A stretch of 64,000 bases of DNA, taken from assembly GCF_964355755.1 (NCBI RefSeq), contig NC_092672.1, positions 28,712,437 through 28,776,436 on the forward strand, in the 5' to 3' direction. The notes below the pieces were generated by a model. That model searched no databases, was not told the DNA's origin, and was given only the letters and a program-made list of their open reading frames with translations. The translations under genes and the position numbers were made by a program. Shown here piece by piece: positions 40,401 through 55,400 of the stretch. The DNA is from Antedon mediterranea (lineage: Eukaryota > Animalia > Echinodermata). The first letter of the stretch is position 1. Each line of letters begins with the position of its first letter.

Positions 40401-43400
40401 TGATCTGTAAAATTATATTGTCTAAAATTTACTAAACAGAATGTAGAGTAATATAGTCCTAAATTAATCATTTACGTAACTGCAAACAAAACATGCAGAA
40501 TGCCACTAATGTGGGTTATCTTTACCGTTATCAGGACAATGCGGAATATTATTACATAGACGTTTGGTCATCTGTTTGGACTTGGGGAGGACTTGAACCT
40601 CCCATTGCAGGTGACTTTGTCATAGTACCTGCCGGACAAACATTACTATTAGATGTCGATACACCTATACTATCAATGCTTTTAATTGAAGGTAATGTTT
40701 ATTTTAATGTTATTTCCATTTCTATTTAAATTAGCAACTTAGACATCTCTGTATTCATCACTGTAAAAACAGGGAAAAGAAACACTAAAACAGTTTGATT
40801 GTAATTATTCTTTTTCTTAGGAGGTGAATTTATTTTCGATGAAAAAAATATAGAGTTACATGCAGAAAACATTCTCATCACTGATGGAGGATTGCTACAA
40901 GTTGGCACAGAAGAAGAACCATTCCAGCACAATGCAACCATTATGATGCATGGTCACCCGAGGTCACTAGAACTTCCTCTTTTTGGCGCCAAGACTCTTG
41001 CTGTAAGAAATGGAACACTTGATCTACATGGTAACTACATTTCCTATTTCCACACATCAATACCATTTCCATGTGCAACCTAAAAAAATTACAAAAGTTT
41101 ATTTCAAAGTCACAGATTTGTTTTGCTATTAAAAATGCATTCTAAAAACTAGAATTTCTTTTAGCAAGACGCTGTGGCTCTAACAACACAATAGTTTAAT
41201 TTTGCGAGAATATGTTATTACTATACTTCTACTACATGTTTTACATTTTTGATCGAAACACAGTCTAGAACCTAGACTAAAATAAGACATACTTACACAC
41301 TTTTCGTTCTTTTGTAGGTATCCCAGTTCCTGTTACATGGACGCATCTGGCACAAACCGCTGTGGCTGGAAGCACTGAACTTGTGTTGGAACTATCCGTC
41401 ACATGGAATGTTGGTGATCAGATAGCAATTGCTTCAACTGGGCATCGGCATAGTCAGCGAGAAAATGAAATGGTTCGAATTGTTGGTAAGTATCGAGTAG
41501 CCTCAGTTAGCGCCTCAAATACAATTCTGGATATGTCACTGATGGTTTAATTTTGTTATTTACCCATTGGAATAGCCAAATGAATAGGCTACAATCTTTA
41601 TGTTTAGTAATAAGCTTAATGTTTAATAGAAACAAATTTAAATGCATGTATTTAGCGTAATACCAATATAAACAAACTCTACTTTGTATACAGTATATAA
41701 TTTATGTGCTAAATAGTAGAAATAAATACAAATGCACACTTTAACCCATCTCAAACGTAGGCCTACCATTGAAGAGTCTTGCTCGTATCCAGTAGACCTA
41801 TTCATTTAAAAGATAATTTTTTATTTATGTTAGATATATCATCTGATGGACTGACACTTGAAGTTGAGCCTGCACTTGAGTATGAGCACATCTCAATTGA
41901 ACAAACTCTAAATGGCGTGTTTTTATCAACTAAAGCTGAAGTTGGTCTTTTGACCCATAACGTTGTCGTCCGTGGATCAGTGCAAGACGAATGGACAGAG
42001 ACCATTGAAGCATGCGAGGAAGAATTCAACACCAGTAAATGTTTCTTTTACTCTTGGTTTTAACGTAAACGTATTACAGTGCATGAACAAACAAAATGTT
42101 CATGTTTTATGATATTTAAAGCATATACAAATAATGAAAACAAATTGAATGTAAATTGCTATTTGTTTTGCAGATCAATTTGCAACACAGACATGTTTCC
42201 AGGGCCGATATGGCGAGGAGATTGATAGTGATAAATATGGATCCCAGATAATGCTTTTCGGAAAATATCAGAATCAACAATTGGTAACAGGCCGTATTGA
42301 GTACGTGGAGGTGACGCACGCAGGACAAGCATTCCGTCTCGGACGGTATCCGATCCACTTTCATTTAAATGGTGACGTCAGTGGATCTTATGTTCGTGGA
42401 TGTGGAATCCATCATACCTTTAACCGTGCAGTCACAATTCATGCCGTAGACAACTTGTTAGTTGAGCATAATGTTGCATATGATATCATGGGTCACGCCA
42501 TCTTTATGGAAGATGGTATTGAAATGGGAAACACTATCCAATACAATCTTGGAGTATTTGTCAAAAGTAGCTCTAGTCTGCTTAACGTTGACGTAACACC
42601 TGCTGCATTCTGGGTAACAAATCCAAACAATACTGTGCGACATAATGCAGCTGCTGGTGGATCACATTTTGGGTTTTGGTACAATATGCCCGCACATCCA
42701 GGAGGCCCTTCTTATACAACATCAATGTGTCCCCGTAAAATGGTTATGGGTGAATTCATAAACAATACTGCTCATTCCCAAGGTTGGTATGGAATCTGGA
42801 TTTTCCCAGAATATCACCCAATGGAAGGTGGACAGTGTAACTCCAACATACCAACGCAGGCAAAGTTTTACAGTCTAACGGCATGGAAGGTAGAACGTGG
42901 CGCTGAAGCTACTGCCGTCGGCGGTGTCCAGTTTCATGGTTTTTTGATTTCAGATGCTGATAAATCAGGAATTGAATATCAATCAATTGATAGTGACATT
43001 CCATTTGATAATGATGGGGCACTTGTCAAGGATTCCACAATTATTGGATACAGTGCCATATCGAATGCATCCGAATGCACATCAGCTGGTATCCATGGTC
43101 CGAAGAGTTCTGGTCTGACCATTGATGGTGTCCAGTTCATTAATTTTAATGAAGGCCGTTGTGCAGCTCTGCGTGCTTGTGCTCATTGTAAAACAGATCA
43201 AGGTGGCTTCAAAACACGAGTGAATAATCTTGAGTTTACCGACTCTCCAAACAAGGCTGCGTTCCAATGGCAACATGAGCATTGGTTTGAAGATTTGGAT
43301 GGTACACTAACAGGATCAGCCAATCAGATTGTATTACCCAACAATCCTAATCTTCCACCAGCTCATTGTACTAACGATGATGCATTCAGTTTAGATTTAG

Positions 43401-46400
43401 ATGGAGTGTTTTGTGATGATACGGTAAAACTTCACCGCATGGCATTCAACGGTGTTTCTCCATCCTCTCTTCTTTATAAAGATACCTTATTCACGAATCA
43501 ACATGGTACAAGCCGTATACCATACCATAAGAAACGTATAACACATCCTGAAGGTTGGATGATAACATTAATAGAGGGTGACACATACAACTTCATTTTC
43601 GAAGACGTTGATCATGTGACTAACATTACGTACAGCGCAGGTTTCTATAATTTCAACGATGGTGACTATGTTGTTATGAATCATAACTTTACACAAAGTC
43701 CTGATGTGTTTGCAACGATCGGGTACGTTACAAACAGCACAAAACAAATGGTGACATACGAAAACAATAGCTATGGAGAATATTATTTTAATAATGATAA
43801 TAACAACCTTTATTACTTAGGTAAGTTGCAAATACAGTATATATAATATAAAGTAGCACGAAAAAAGAAAAAAAAATGCTGAAGTTAGCTTTATCATAGA
43901 AGATATCACAATGCAATGCAATGAATCAAATAAATAGTTTTTGATTTAACTTTTGATCACAACACAATAAAAGATGAAAAATTATACAGCTGGTAATTTG
44001 ATATACACCAAAACAGATGATTCTCCAAGCTAATGTATGTGTATCTATAGCTTTGTATTCTTTAATGTATCCAAAACATGAAACATATTTTACCTTTTGA
44101 ATAATTTGAATTATATTATACTAAAGCTTGAGTCTTTTACTTTTATCTGTAAAGTAAAGTATCGATTTATCTACTATATTTTAATTTTTTCTTTAGTATC
44201 CGGAAAAGACATACATTTAACTGAAGGAGACACTTTGCCAATTAATCTGCAAGTTTACAGATGCTATTACCTTGACTGTATTCCACCGGTTCCTGAACCT
44301 CCTCCAGAAGGCAGACCAGATAACGTTTCTGTGCTTCTTTGGTCCACGGCTGAGGCTTGGGAAGGAGTGGAGGATGGATGGGGTGGCAATGATAATGGAT
44401 CATTTGTACTGCCAGCAGACGGTGATGATGTCATGATCATGCCTGGTATGTGTGATATAATAAAAAATAATCTCTTCTGGAAAAAATTAAGAGCGTTTTA
44501 ACTTTGGTTTTATTTGTATATTTAACGGCATATTTATTTCCACAAAATCTCACTATAGTAGGCCTAGGCCTAAACAATCCAAACAGGATGCGGAGTCTCA
44601 GTGATATTGTTTTTTCTTGAAGAAAATCTAGATGCTGTGGCAAAGGGTCTGGGATATTAACCACCGACTCATGGTTAATGTCATTGTTGTAATTTAAGCT
44701 TTCTTTTGTTTGTAGGGAAATGGGTAGTTGCTGATGTTCCTTTGCCAAATATGAATCGACTCTATATTTATGGCACCCTGGAAATTGAAGATACCAGAGA
44801 CAATTATATCAATGCAACTTATATATTTATTCATGGCGGTACTTTGGTTATTGGATGGGAGAAATCGCCATTTCAGCATCAACTACAAATTTTCTTAAAT
44901 GGAAACCATTTCACTGAAGACATTCCACTACCAAACGGACCAAATATGGGAGCCAAAGTTTTGGGTAAGTCATGGCATTACAATATAAAGTATGGTAAAT
45001 CTGCAATCTATTTAGTCTGATAGAAAGAGTCTAATAACCTGCAGCTAAATATAAAGAAGAAACACGTTATTCATCAACTCTAACTAAATCATGTTAATAT
45101 ATTTAGGTGTATTTGGTCGATTGGAGATGCATGGAGTTTCTCCCAATATCACATGGACACATTTGAGCAGTTCGCTCGTCGCTGGCGATGAAATCATCTA
45201 TCTAAGAGAAAATGTAACTTGGAAAGTAGGAGATGAGATTGTTGTGGCATCAACATCGTATGAGGCTTGGGAAACTGAAACGTTCATGATAATTGAAATT
45301 ATTAATAAGCATACTGTACGAATCAATGACACAGCCAAGTACAAACATATAGGTATTTATAGATTTTTTTAATTCAATAACATATCAAGTGTTTACAATT
45401 TTTCTGGAAGAACTTTTCAAACAACTAATTTACGAAGCCTATCAGTATTTATTTGCGTATCCTATCTTTAAGATATGAATAACCCCATTATTACATTTCA
45501 GCTGAAACGGTCACTCTTGAAGATGGATCTCTGACATACACCGAAGCTGCTGAGGTTGGTCTCCTTACGAGAAACATTCAAATTATTGGTGCTGACTACA
45601 GTAATTTGTTTGAAGAGTCATTTGGAGCTAGAGTTCTGATTGGCAAATTTAATCAAGACGGTATTGAATACAAAGGTAATAAAATCAAATTATATAAATA
45701 TTGTTGTGACGTATTATTTTATCAATTTACCTGGAAAGCAGCATTAAGTGAATCACAGTGTCGCTGCACAATACATGGTTACCACGCGTTTTAAAAGGTA
45801 AATCCAGATAAATTGGTTATTGATTAAAGTTCTTGCTGTTCCTGTTTCCGTAATCTCTTAACTTTATTTTCTATTTTAGGTTATGCTAAAATCTCAAATG
45901 TTGAATTTAAACATTCTGGTCAAGAAGGCTGGACCGATTTTTATGACCCACGTTATTCAGTTGCTTTCTTGGATATTGGAGAAGTTACTGTAGAAAGCCC
46001 ATCGTTTGTACGAGAATGTACATTCCATAATGGCTTCAGTCCTGCTATCGGAGTGTTCGGTACTTCAGGACTAACAATTCAGGATAATGTAATTCACCAC
46101 ACAGTTGGAGCAGGTAAGCAATGGCAAAATACTTCTCTTTCCCTTATATAGTAACATTTTAGATTAATCTGCTGTTCTCCACCAATTTAGATGAATATGC
46201 TTTTTTTTAAATTTTAACTTTGACATTACTAAGGTATTATTGCATGGGGTAGTGATCATCAAATCCTGCATAACCTAGTAACACTTACAGTATTTCCTGG
46301 TACATATCAAGACCGCTACAATGCTGAGGATATATCATGGCCAGCAGGTATTGAAATTGAGAGCTCCAGAGATGTCATCCTACAAGATAACACTGTGGCA

Positions 46401-49400
46401 GGCTCTGAGAGGGTGCTGTACCATATCAGTGGTGAGATCTGTGACGTTGAAAGTCAGTGGAGCAACAACGAAGGGCATACTTCTTTGCACGGTGTTCATC
46501 TTATGACGGGGGATGGTCAGAGAGACTGCACACAGATTGCGAATTTCTTCATCTGGAAGAATTGGGATTATGGAGTCTTTTTCCAAATTTCGAGTTCCGT
46601 TTTAATGACTGATCTTGTTCTTGCTGACAACAACATAGGGGTGATGCCATTTGTCATTGGGCCATCTTCTCTTAGTCATGAAGCTGTTGATAAGTATGTG
46701 ATTATGGATTCATCGTTTATAATTGGTACAAGCCCGTTCTTTGATTGCGATGAGTTACAGGTTGGTTCAGTAATATATAAACATATTCAATAAATATGAA
46801 CATTTTTATTATTCATTTTAAAAGATGTACTTATTTCTGTTTTTCAAATGTTATTATATTGTCATTTTGCATTCTGTCAATATATATATAGTATATATGC
46901 ATACGTGACTTTTACTCGAAAGGAACATTGTCAAAGGACTTTCTTACTCTTCTACCTTCTTTTTCTTAACGTGTACTGCTAATACCATTCCATTGTCTAC
47001 TCACTTAAATTATAAATTCTGATTAAAATATTACATTTTGCATTAACATTTTTATGTAAATATTTCAGAATCAACCGGAGAATGCAGGTCAAAGTGCAAA
47101 ACAGCGTGCACCTCGTGGTCCAGACAACGGAAATGCTGGATTCGTGTGGGCAAATTTCATGTCTGGTGATAATGGTGCTCCATTTTTTCCATTTCATGGT
47201 ATCCATAATTATCCAGCTATTGCTGGAAGCACAAGATTGCAAGGTATTAAAAGCATGACATACGCTGGTTCTTACTTAGAAAAAGCAACAAATGCCATTG
47301 TTTGAATTCTATTGCAGGAAACGCAAAGTTACAATGTATTATACTCATACTTATTCGGAAAACATAAAAATGCTATTGTACTGTTTTATCATATATGTCT
47401 TCCCTAATATCGGAATACATTTTGGTGAAACTTACTAAATGAAAATATTTCAACACAATTATTCATTTACAAATAAAGCTATTTTGCTCTTTCTTATAAA
47501 TAGATGTCACATTCGCTCATTTTGATACTGCTTGTAATAAAGATCAATACGCTATTATGACGAATCCATCAAATGATGATGGCATCCACCCGATGTCCGC
47601 TGTAGGTACAAAGATGGTAACAGTCAGAGATGAGAACAAGGTTTACATACATAGACCTAATTTAGGGTAAGTACTAATAGTATGTATCTTATATATCTAC
47701 GGACCTCGTGCATTTATCCAGGTTACGTCATGGTAAATCATTGTGTATCCTCACTTGCTAGTTGCATTATTTTCATCAACCAACCACTAGTCTACAATAC
47801 TTTTTTATTTAATCTTAATAGTAAGGTTAATCCTTCTGATTGCGTGGACATGGATTGTGATGCATTTAAGAAAGCAATGATCAGAGATGAAGATGGTGGA
47901 ATTCTAGGAGGATCACGGCCTGGTTATGTTATTCCTGATTCTGCATACGAATGGGATGGAGATCCGAGACGTGGACTTGGTGATTATAGAATTCCCAACA
48001 TGATGGTTACAGACATCGATGGTAGTAAAATCCCTTATGATGAAAAATGTCCACATAAAGGTTGGTTGTCTGCTTTAATTTTTCAATCGCTGATCAACCG
48101 ACTAGTCCAGTAAAAGTGTGTTGTAGCTGTGATCTTTTATATAACTTTCTATTTTCTTTAAGGTATCATTGGTACAGAAGGCTGCATATGGCATGACTCT
48201 TGGCAGGCTTTTGAATGCTATGACTATGATTACGCTATGTTAATTATTGAAAGTCTTGATCCGGACACAGAAGTACGACGTCTTTCACCAATCGCCATTG
48301 GGTCTAACGGTTATGTTGATTTGATAAATGGACCACAAGATCACGGCTGGTGTCATGGGTACACATGTCAAGAGCGCATCAGCACATTTATGTCTATCGT
48401 TGCAATTGGAGAGACTTATGAGATGTATATGAGTTCAACAAATCCTCAAATGTTACGACTTCATTTCCTGAACACAACTCCAGATCAGAAAATAGTAGTC
48501 GGCATCTGGTATGCCAATCCTCAACGCTTAGATGTGTACCATCAAGGTCGCTATGTCATGCCAAATAATGGGCAGATGGATGGAGATACGTTTATATGGG
48601 TTCCAGAAGATCCAAACGGACCAGATGATCAGTTCATGCCAACTCCTGACTCCAACATTTATGGCGAGAACTATTTTGATCGCGATTGGCAGACTCTTTG
48701 GATACTTATACGTGGTAGTGACCCGATTGACATCATCACTACACCGGTTATAATGGTTGACGTTGGTGTGGCTCCAGTTGATGTTGATGACTTCTATGAA
48801 GAAGATCTTGTTAACAATCTTGCCAGTTTGCTTGGTGTTGATGAGTCTCAGATTCGAGTCGTTGATGTTGTCAGAGAAGGTGGTCGTAGAAGAAGATCCA
48901 CAGAAATTCAAGTTTTAATGGAGATTGGAGAATCACCAAGTGCATCATCGAACAGCTCAGAGAATTCAGGTAGACCTAAATATGTTCTTTCTTGTGTATA
49001 TAATAAGAAAATATCGTTCTTTAACCATATTAAAGTATCACATAATCTATCCAGATTTCATCTTTTTTTTCAGTTTCATGTGTTTAGAAATGAGTTTCAA
49101 TTAAAGTTGATTTCATTGACTATTATTTTAATATCTAAGCAATAATTAATATTTCCTCTTTATAGGCAATTCAACCCTTGAATATGATGAGTTAGTTAAT
49201 CTTCAAGCAGAAATAGTTAATGCAGCACAAACCGGTACTTTGTCCGATAGTCTTGAAGTTGAGGTTACATCATTAGCAATGACCGATCCTTCTCCCCCAG
49301 CCGAAGACCCAACAGGAGGTGTCAAAGCAACAAATGAAACAGGAGGTCCAAGTACAGGCAATGAAACGTTAGTCACATTTTAAGCCTTCAAAGAAGGAAT

Positions 49401-52400
49401 AATGTGTTGAAGTAGAGTTTCTGTAGAGTTACTGTATTAAAGAACTGACTTGTATCGTCTTGTCAAAAGTCATAAATTGTATTCTCAAGTGTAGCTTGCA
49501 ACAAATATAACCCTAATGCCTATATCATTAAAAAACAACACAACTAATTGGTTCACAGGTATTCTAAGAAGCAAGCTGAAGAAGAGGCGACCAGTGACCC
49601 AGGAGTAGAAATCATCTATCAATTTCCAAGCACGATGAGCATACGTGTACAGCCGGCTGATGCTACGGAGAACCATCCATTTGGGGTTCAACCTTGTATC
49701 TGTATACTGGATACCAGTGTAGGTTTAACACAATTCTTTCTAAACTCCAATATCAAGCTTGGTAATACACCATACGTTTGATACAAATATATTCTGACGG
49801 AAAAAAGGAATTATTCAATGATTTGTTATTTTTTTCAGGGTGAAATTGTGGAAAATCTAGGACATTCTTCACATCCATGGAAAATGCAGGCAGTTTTGCA
49901 AAACCAAGGAGTATCTGATGCAGAGCTGGTCAGCAACAACACTGTAGATATAATTCATGGCTGGGCCAACTTCACTGATCTTGCCATTAATCTGCCGGGA
50001 AGTGGATACTTCTTGGAATTTAGTATTGTTTATCCCAATACATCCACGCTAGAAGGTACCAACTCAACGGAGTTTTCTGTCATGGAGAGCGTTTTCCACA
50101 TATCAATCGCTGATCAACCGACTAGTCCAGTAAAAGTTTTGGAGAAATTTGATGTTCAGTTTAATCTAATTGAAGATTTTACAATGGATATTGCAGAACA
50201 TCTGGATTCTAAGGTTGGTGTTGTTTTATTCATTATAAGTTAACTTCAGTCGTAGACTAGTGTATCCAATCTAAGAGCAACTTCTGTTGAAGACTAAACT
50301 ACAGTACCTACAAGTCACTCCCATAGAAAATCTAACCCTAACCCTATTTTATATACTACGACACTCAATAAGTTTCCATTAAGCTAAATTTAAGACCATC
50401 AATAATAATTACATCCAGTTACAAACTTCCGCATTAAATCAAAATCCAAATTAATGTCATGTTCCAACGTTCCAATATGTCCTATTTTCAGGATTACAAT
50501 TGGACAGCTAACATAAGTTTATACATGCCGGAAAACTATCGGGGCATTTTACAAGGCCAGTTGACTACTCAAGTGGACCTGACATCAGCACAAGGCGTCT
50601 TCTACAACTTATCGATCAGTGCTACTGGTTTTCAATATGTCTTACACATTGAAGTGGTTACCATCCCAATCAGTGACTTTTACTTGTCTGCAAAGTTAGA
50701 TCCTTTTGATGTAAGCAATGTTGATAAGCATACAGAAAATCCAGTCAAAGTAGGCTTGAAGTTTTACGGAGATTATGCAACAGTTGCCGCAGGAAAAGAA
50801 GACTATCTTGCAATCAACTTCATTAATAATTTTGCTGTTTCATATTCAAATGTCACTATTTTTTCAGTAGAAATCAGTGAAGGTAAGTTCACAATCTGCA
50901 AATTGAGTGGTTGCTAAAGTTCAATATTTTTTTAAGGATGTTTGTCACTTGGTTTCATCAGGGAAGAGTTAAATTACAGGGAAGAGTTAAATTTAACTGC
51001 TTTCATCATCATTAATTGTTTGATGACTGGAGATTCTGCAAGAACAAACGAAGCTATATATCTTTCTTATTGTATTGTATTTTTTACCATTGGTAGAAAA
51101 TAATAAATGCTGAATTATTATTAAAATCTTGACCTCATTGCAGGTTTCGATAACGTTAACCTCTTTTTACAAAAATGTCAGGTTCAGGTTCATAACCGTG
51201 GAGATAAAAAAAACAAAGGAAGTCATTTATCGTGACCTCTGCAGGTCGCATATCATTAACATTGTACAATGTTTTCGTCATTTCAGGTTCAATCATCATT
51301 GATTTTATAATGACTGGAGATACTTCAAACACACTAAAAGCCATTCATCTTGACCTCGATGCAGGTCGCATATCATTAATCTTTGATGGACATGTTCTTG
51401 AAGCAGATCCAAGTTATATGATGCTTGATGGTGAACCTTACGAGTCTGAAGTTGTAAGTCAAATAGTTTGTTTTTATTTAATATACAACCGGTAATTATT
51501 TCATTGCATTAATTTATTTCAGAACAATTCAGAATTAATTATTAATATGCCTATACTGTATGGTACAAATATGTTTAACTAAACTAAGTACATTTTTTGT
51601 AATGATCATTCAATAGTAGTAAGTTTTTGTGGTAATGCGTTTCCTAAAATGAAGTAAAATAAGGTAATCTTTAAGTTTCGTTTGTTATGCTATAATCGCC
51701 TTCTAGAGCATAAACGAAATATTGAGACATACTCAGCTTTACTTTATTTCCTTTATGAAAGCGCATGGTTTACCGCAAAATAAATCTCTTTACTAGTATT
51801 TATTCATCATCTTTAACCAATAATATGTTGTGTTTTAGGACGATCCGTCTGGTCTTCCAATATGGGCCATTGTGTTGATTGTAATAATAAGCTTATTAAT
51901 GATTTTAATCATGGGAGCTGCTTTGGTCAGAGTTTGCTACAGTCCAAGTAAGTATCAATTGTTTATGAGGATAGAAAATAACAAACGTTACTGTTACCAT
52001 GAATCAAATATAGGCCTAATAAGTTCAATTTATCCACGTACGCCCAGATCAACACAGGGTTACTCTTCCCAGCTTCTCGAACTTCACTAAATTCTTATTG
52101 GATGCTACACACACAGATCCTCTAAATTTCAGATGAAGATGAGCATTTTCATATTTTTCAGTCAAATGCGTTTACAATGTCATCGATTATATTATTGAGC
52201 AACGCATTGCTTTTTCAACCTTTGACATCAATTGACATTTCCAGTAGTTTTCATTTGAGAACCCACATCGCCTTAAACTTCTTACTAAAGCGTTTCTGGT
52301 AGCTACTAAAAATATATCCGTTTTAAAGGCAGGCTGTGTATTTTGAGTCTCTAAGATAAGGAGTGCCATAATCTGCCTTCATATACAAAATTAAGTTTGT

Positions 52401-55400
52401 AATTGTTAAATACATATGTTGACATAGTGTGGACACCTTATTCGTCTGTACTCTAATATCCCGGCTCAAAGAGATCTATCCGAGGAAACAAACAATGAGA
52501 ACATACAAGAGACCAAGGGGACGACTCAAAATCACATGGATGAAATTATAGAAAATGAAAAAAAACCAAAAATAAACAAGTCGATGTACACTTTGGAGAA
52601 TAATCGCTCTGATTAGAGAAGTCTTGTTAAGTGCGCTATGTCCTAAAACGTTCAGCGTCCATGAAAATGATATGTTTGCAGTACAGCATGTTGATTGAAA
52701 TGTCGACAAACGCAACCGTTCTTTTAATAGTGATTTCATCATACAGCAATATGTTAAATACTTTGATCATTATACACCTACCATGTATACGTTTATATAT
52801 ACTATTTGTCATTTTTTTTAATTATTGTGAATTAAAATTAAATATAATATGCGTGTTTGTTTGTAGAGCACAAAGTTTCTAAAATAGAGAAAATGGCACT
52901 GACTGAGAAGGTATCTCCAGTTAAAATGTCAGGCTATGCGAATGAATCTGAAGAAGAGACTTCACTGAGTGCTAGCAGTGGATCTAATCAACTATTGTAA
53001 GTTTTATGCCAAGTAAATATTTAGAATATTTTATTCTTCTTTATGTTCAGTATATAGTGCTATTTTAACTACTGTTTATTTGTACACTAATTAACTGTTG
53101 ATCGGCCCTTTTAGAATTCTCTTCTTTGGAAAATTAACAAGCATGAGTTTAGTTTATCTTATTTATTTATTCTATTTTATTTCTATACAATTTTTAACAA
53201 GCGCCTTACATTACAACAAGGCCAACAGCCATTAAGTCGCGTGCTACAATGCATAGTGATACCGGACCGACAGACAAACAGACCGACAGACAGACAGACC
53301 GACAGACAGACGGACCGACCGACATAGTGAACTATACTGACCGAAATTACTGAACATGTTTAAAAATGTTGAAATGTTTAAAAACATTTATATTTTTTTA
53401 ATTTACACGTGCGTAGCCTGTTACTTTTGACGTGCTCGTATAACGTAATTTCGAGTTGAAAAGTAAGTCAAGAAAACAGAAATCGGGCAAAAAGAGTGCG
53501 CAATAACATTTAACGCACAGTGCGCGCGCAAAAATCTGCGCACTCATGGCAATTTTGTAAACGCTTAAAATTGCCTGAAACGTACTCTTATTTCATCGAA
53601 AATAAATTTTAAAAATTTTAAGCGCGCGTACGCATGCGTTACATGCGCTACGCACGTAATTGTATTGCCATATGATGATTTATGCCCTGAAATTTATGAG
53701 TACCAAATTTTATTTAATTGTGATTCATGGTTGTTAAGATATGATTACAAACGTGATTTCGTTAAATCGTGCGTAGACCGCGTAATTTTTTATTGCGCAC
53801 CGTGAAAACATAACCACAGCGATTCCTGGCCATAAGGAATATTCTGTGAAAAATTGACTTAGCTAGATTAAACTGATATCAAGATAAGGTCATAAAGCGA
53901 TAACACGCATAGTGATACCGGACCGACAGACAGACAGACAGACCGACAGACAGACCGACAGACAGACCGACAGACAGACAGACAGACCGACCGACATAGT
54001 GAACTATAGAGTCGCTTCCACGCGACTAAAAACGATACCTTGAAAATGTACAGAAAGAAAAACAATTCAATAATTATGTTATGTCATTTCTAAAAATATG
54101 TAGGAAGCCTCTTACAAAAAGGTCTTATACAACAAAAAATTAGAACAATTAAGAAACAGATGATAATAAAAATTAGGATATTTATGTGGCGCTAGTAAGG
54201 TTTCATGGTCATCATCGAAATAGTAAGAGAAAATTAAACTGTCTCAACATTTTTTGGAGAATGACGTGTACCGTAGGGCTCTAAAGGAAATGTACAGCGC
54301 GTAAGAGGTAGAATGAATCTTAACGAAAAAATTACGATGCATTAAGGCCAACTCATATAAGCATCGTACGACGAGGCCCGAAGAGACGTCTGAACTCGTC
54401 GGTGCTGTCTGAGTTGAATCCCGACGAGACGAGTCTTAATGAGAGAGCATAGTTTTAGGTTGTCGGAAGGTTTAATTTTCTGCCGATGAGACGACTCTGA
54501 GTTGGCTTCAGTACTGGCCATTCTTTTGAAGCTGTTACAGCAGAGTTGTTTGCTTATTTTGACAGGATTTCTATGGATGAGTTGCAAGTGCCTAGGGCAT
54601 CTTCAAGTCGTAGCAAGTCACCAGGTTTTAACACGCCATCTAGAACACCAGAAGTAATGGTAACAGCCCTGCCACCAGGTTTTGCCGACGGTTCTCACGA
54701 ACAAGGTAAATTCTTTAAGAAAGTGTAATTAGATTTTTTTTTATATGGCATTGTAGCTCAGGTAAAATTTCACAATTTACTGTCCGATTTATGAGCAATG
54801 AAAAAATTATCTCACTTAAGTATTATTGGCAATTCAAGCTTGGGCCAATAAAGAGAACATTCTTTGAAATAGTAAATTCTCATAAAGAACCACTTTTATA
54901 GCAATACTTCTGATTTGCTTATATAATTAAAAAGGATAAATTATTCTCTTTATCAGTTATGGAAGATCGAGCCAATATGTATGTCATGTTATCCACGCCT
55001 GAACGGTCATTCAAGAAGATCGGTTTACTATCCGTAAACCTAGTTGGAACTCTTAGCACTCTCCGTGCAGATCTGCAGGAAAATCTGGGTAGCAAACTCC
55101 AACAACTACCATTCGCTTTCTTAAGTGAGAGCCTTGTTGATATTGATGGGGCTAGTGAGCGAAGGAGGACGGTCCATGAGACATATGCGTCTGACAGTGT
55201 TCTTATTCGGTACATTGAAGGCAAAGGTAAGTTACAAAATGAAAGAAAATATTTGACATGATAACATGTTTTCTCTTCAATAGTAGAATAAAAAGCATGC
55301 CATATGAAAGAAAGATTTTGACTTCTTTTAAACTAGCATTTTTTAAACTCTTTTAATTAATGGGATGGGAATTTTGTGATTTTAATTGACATCTGGTAGC

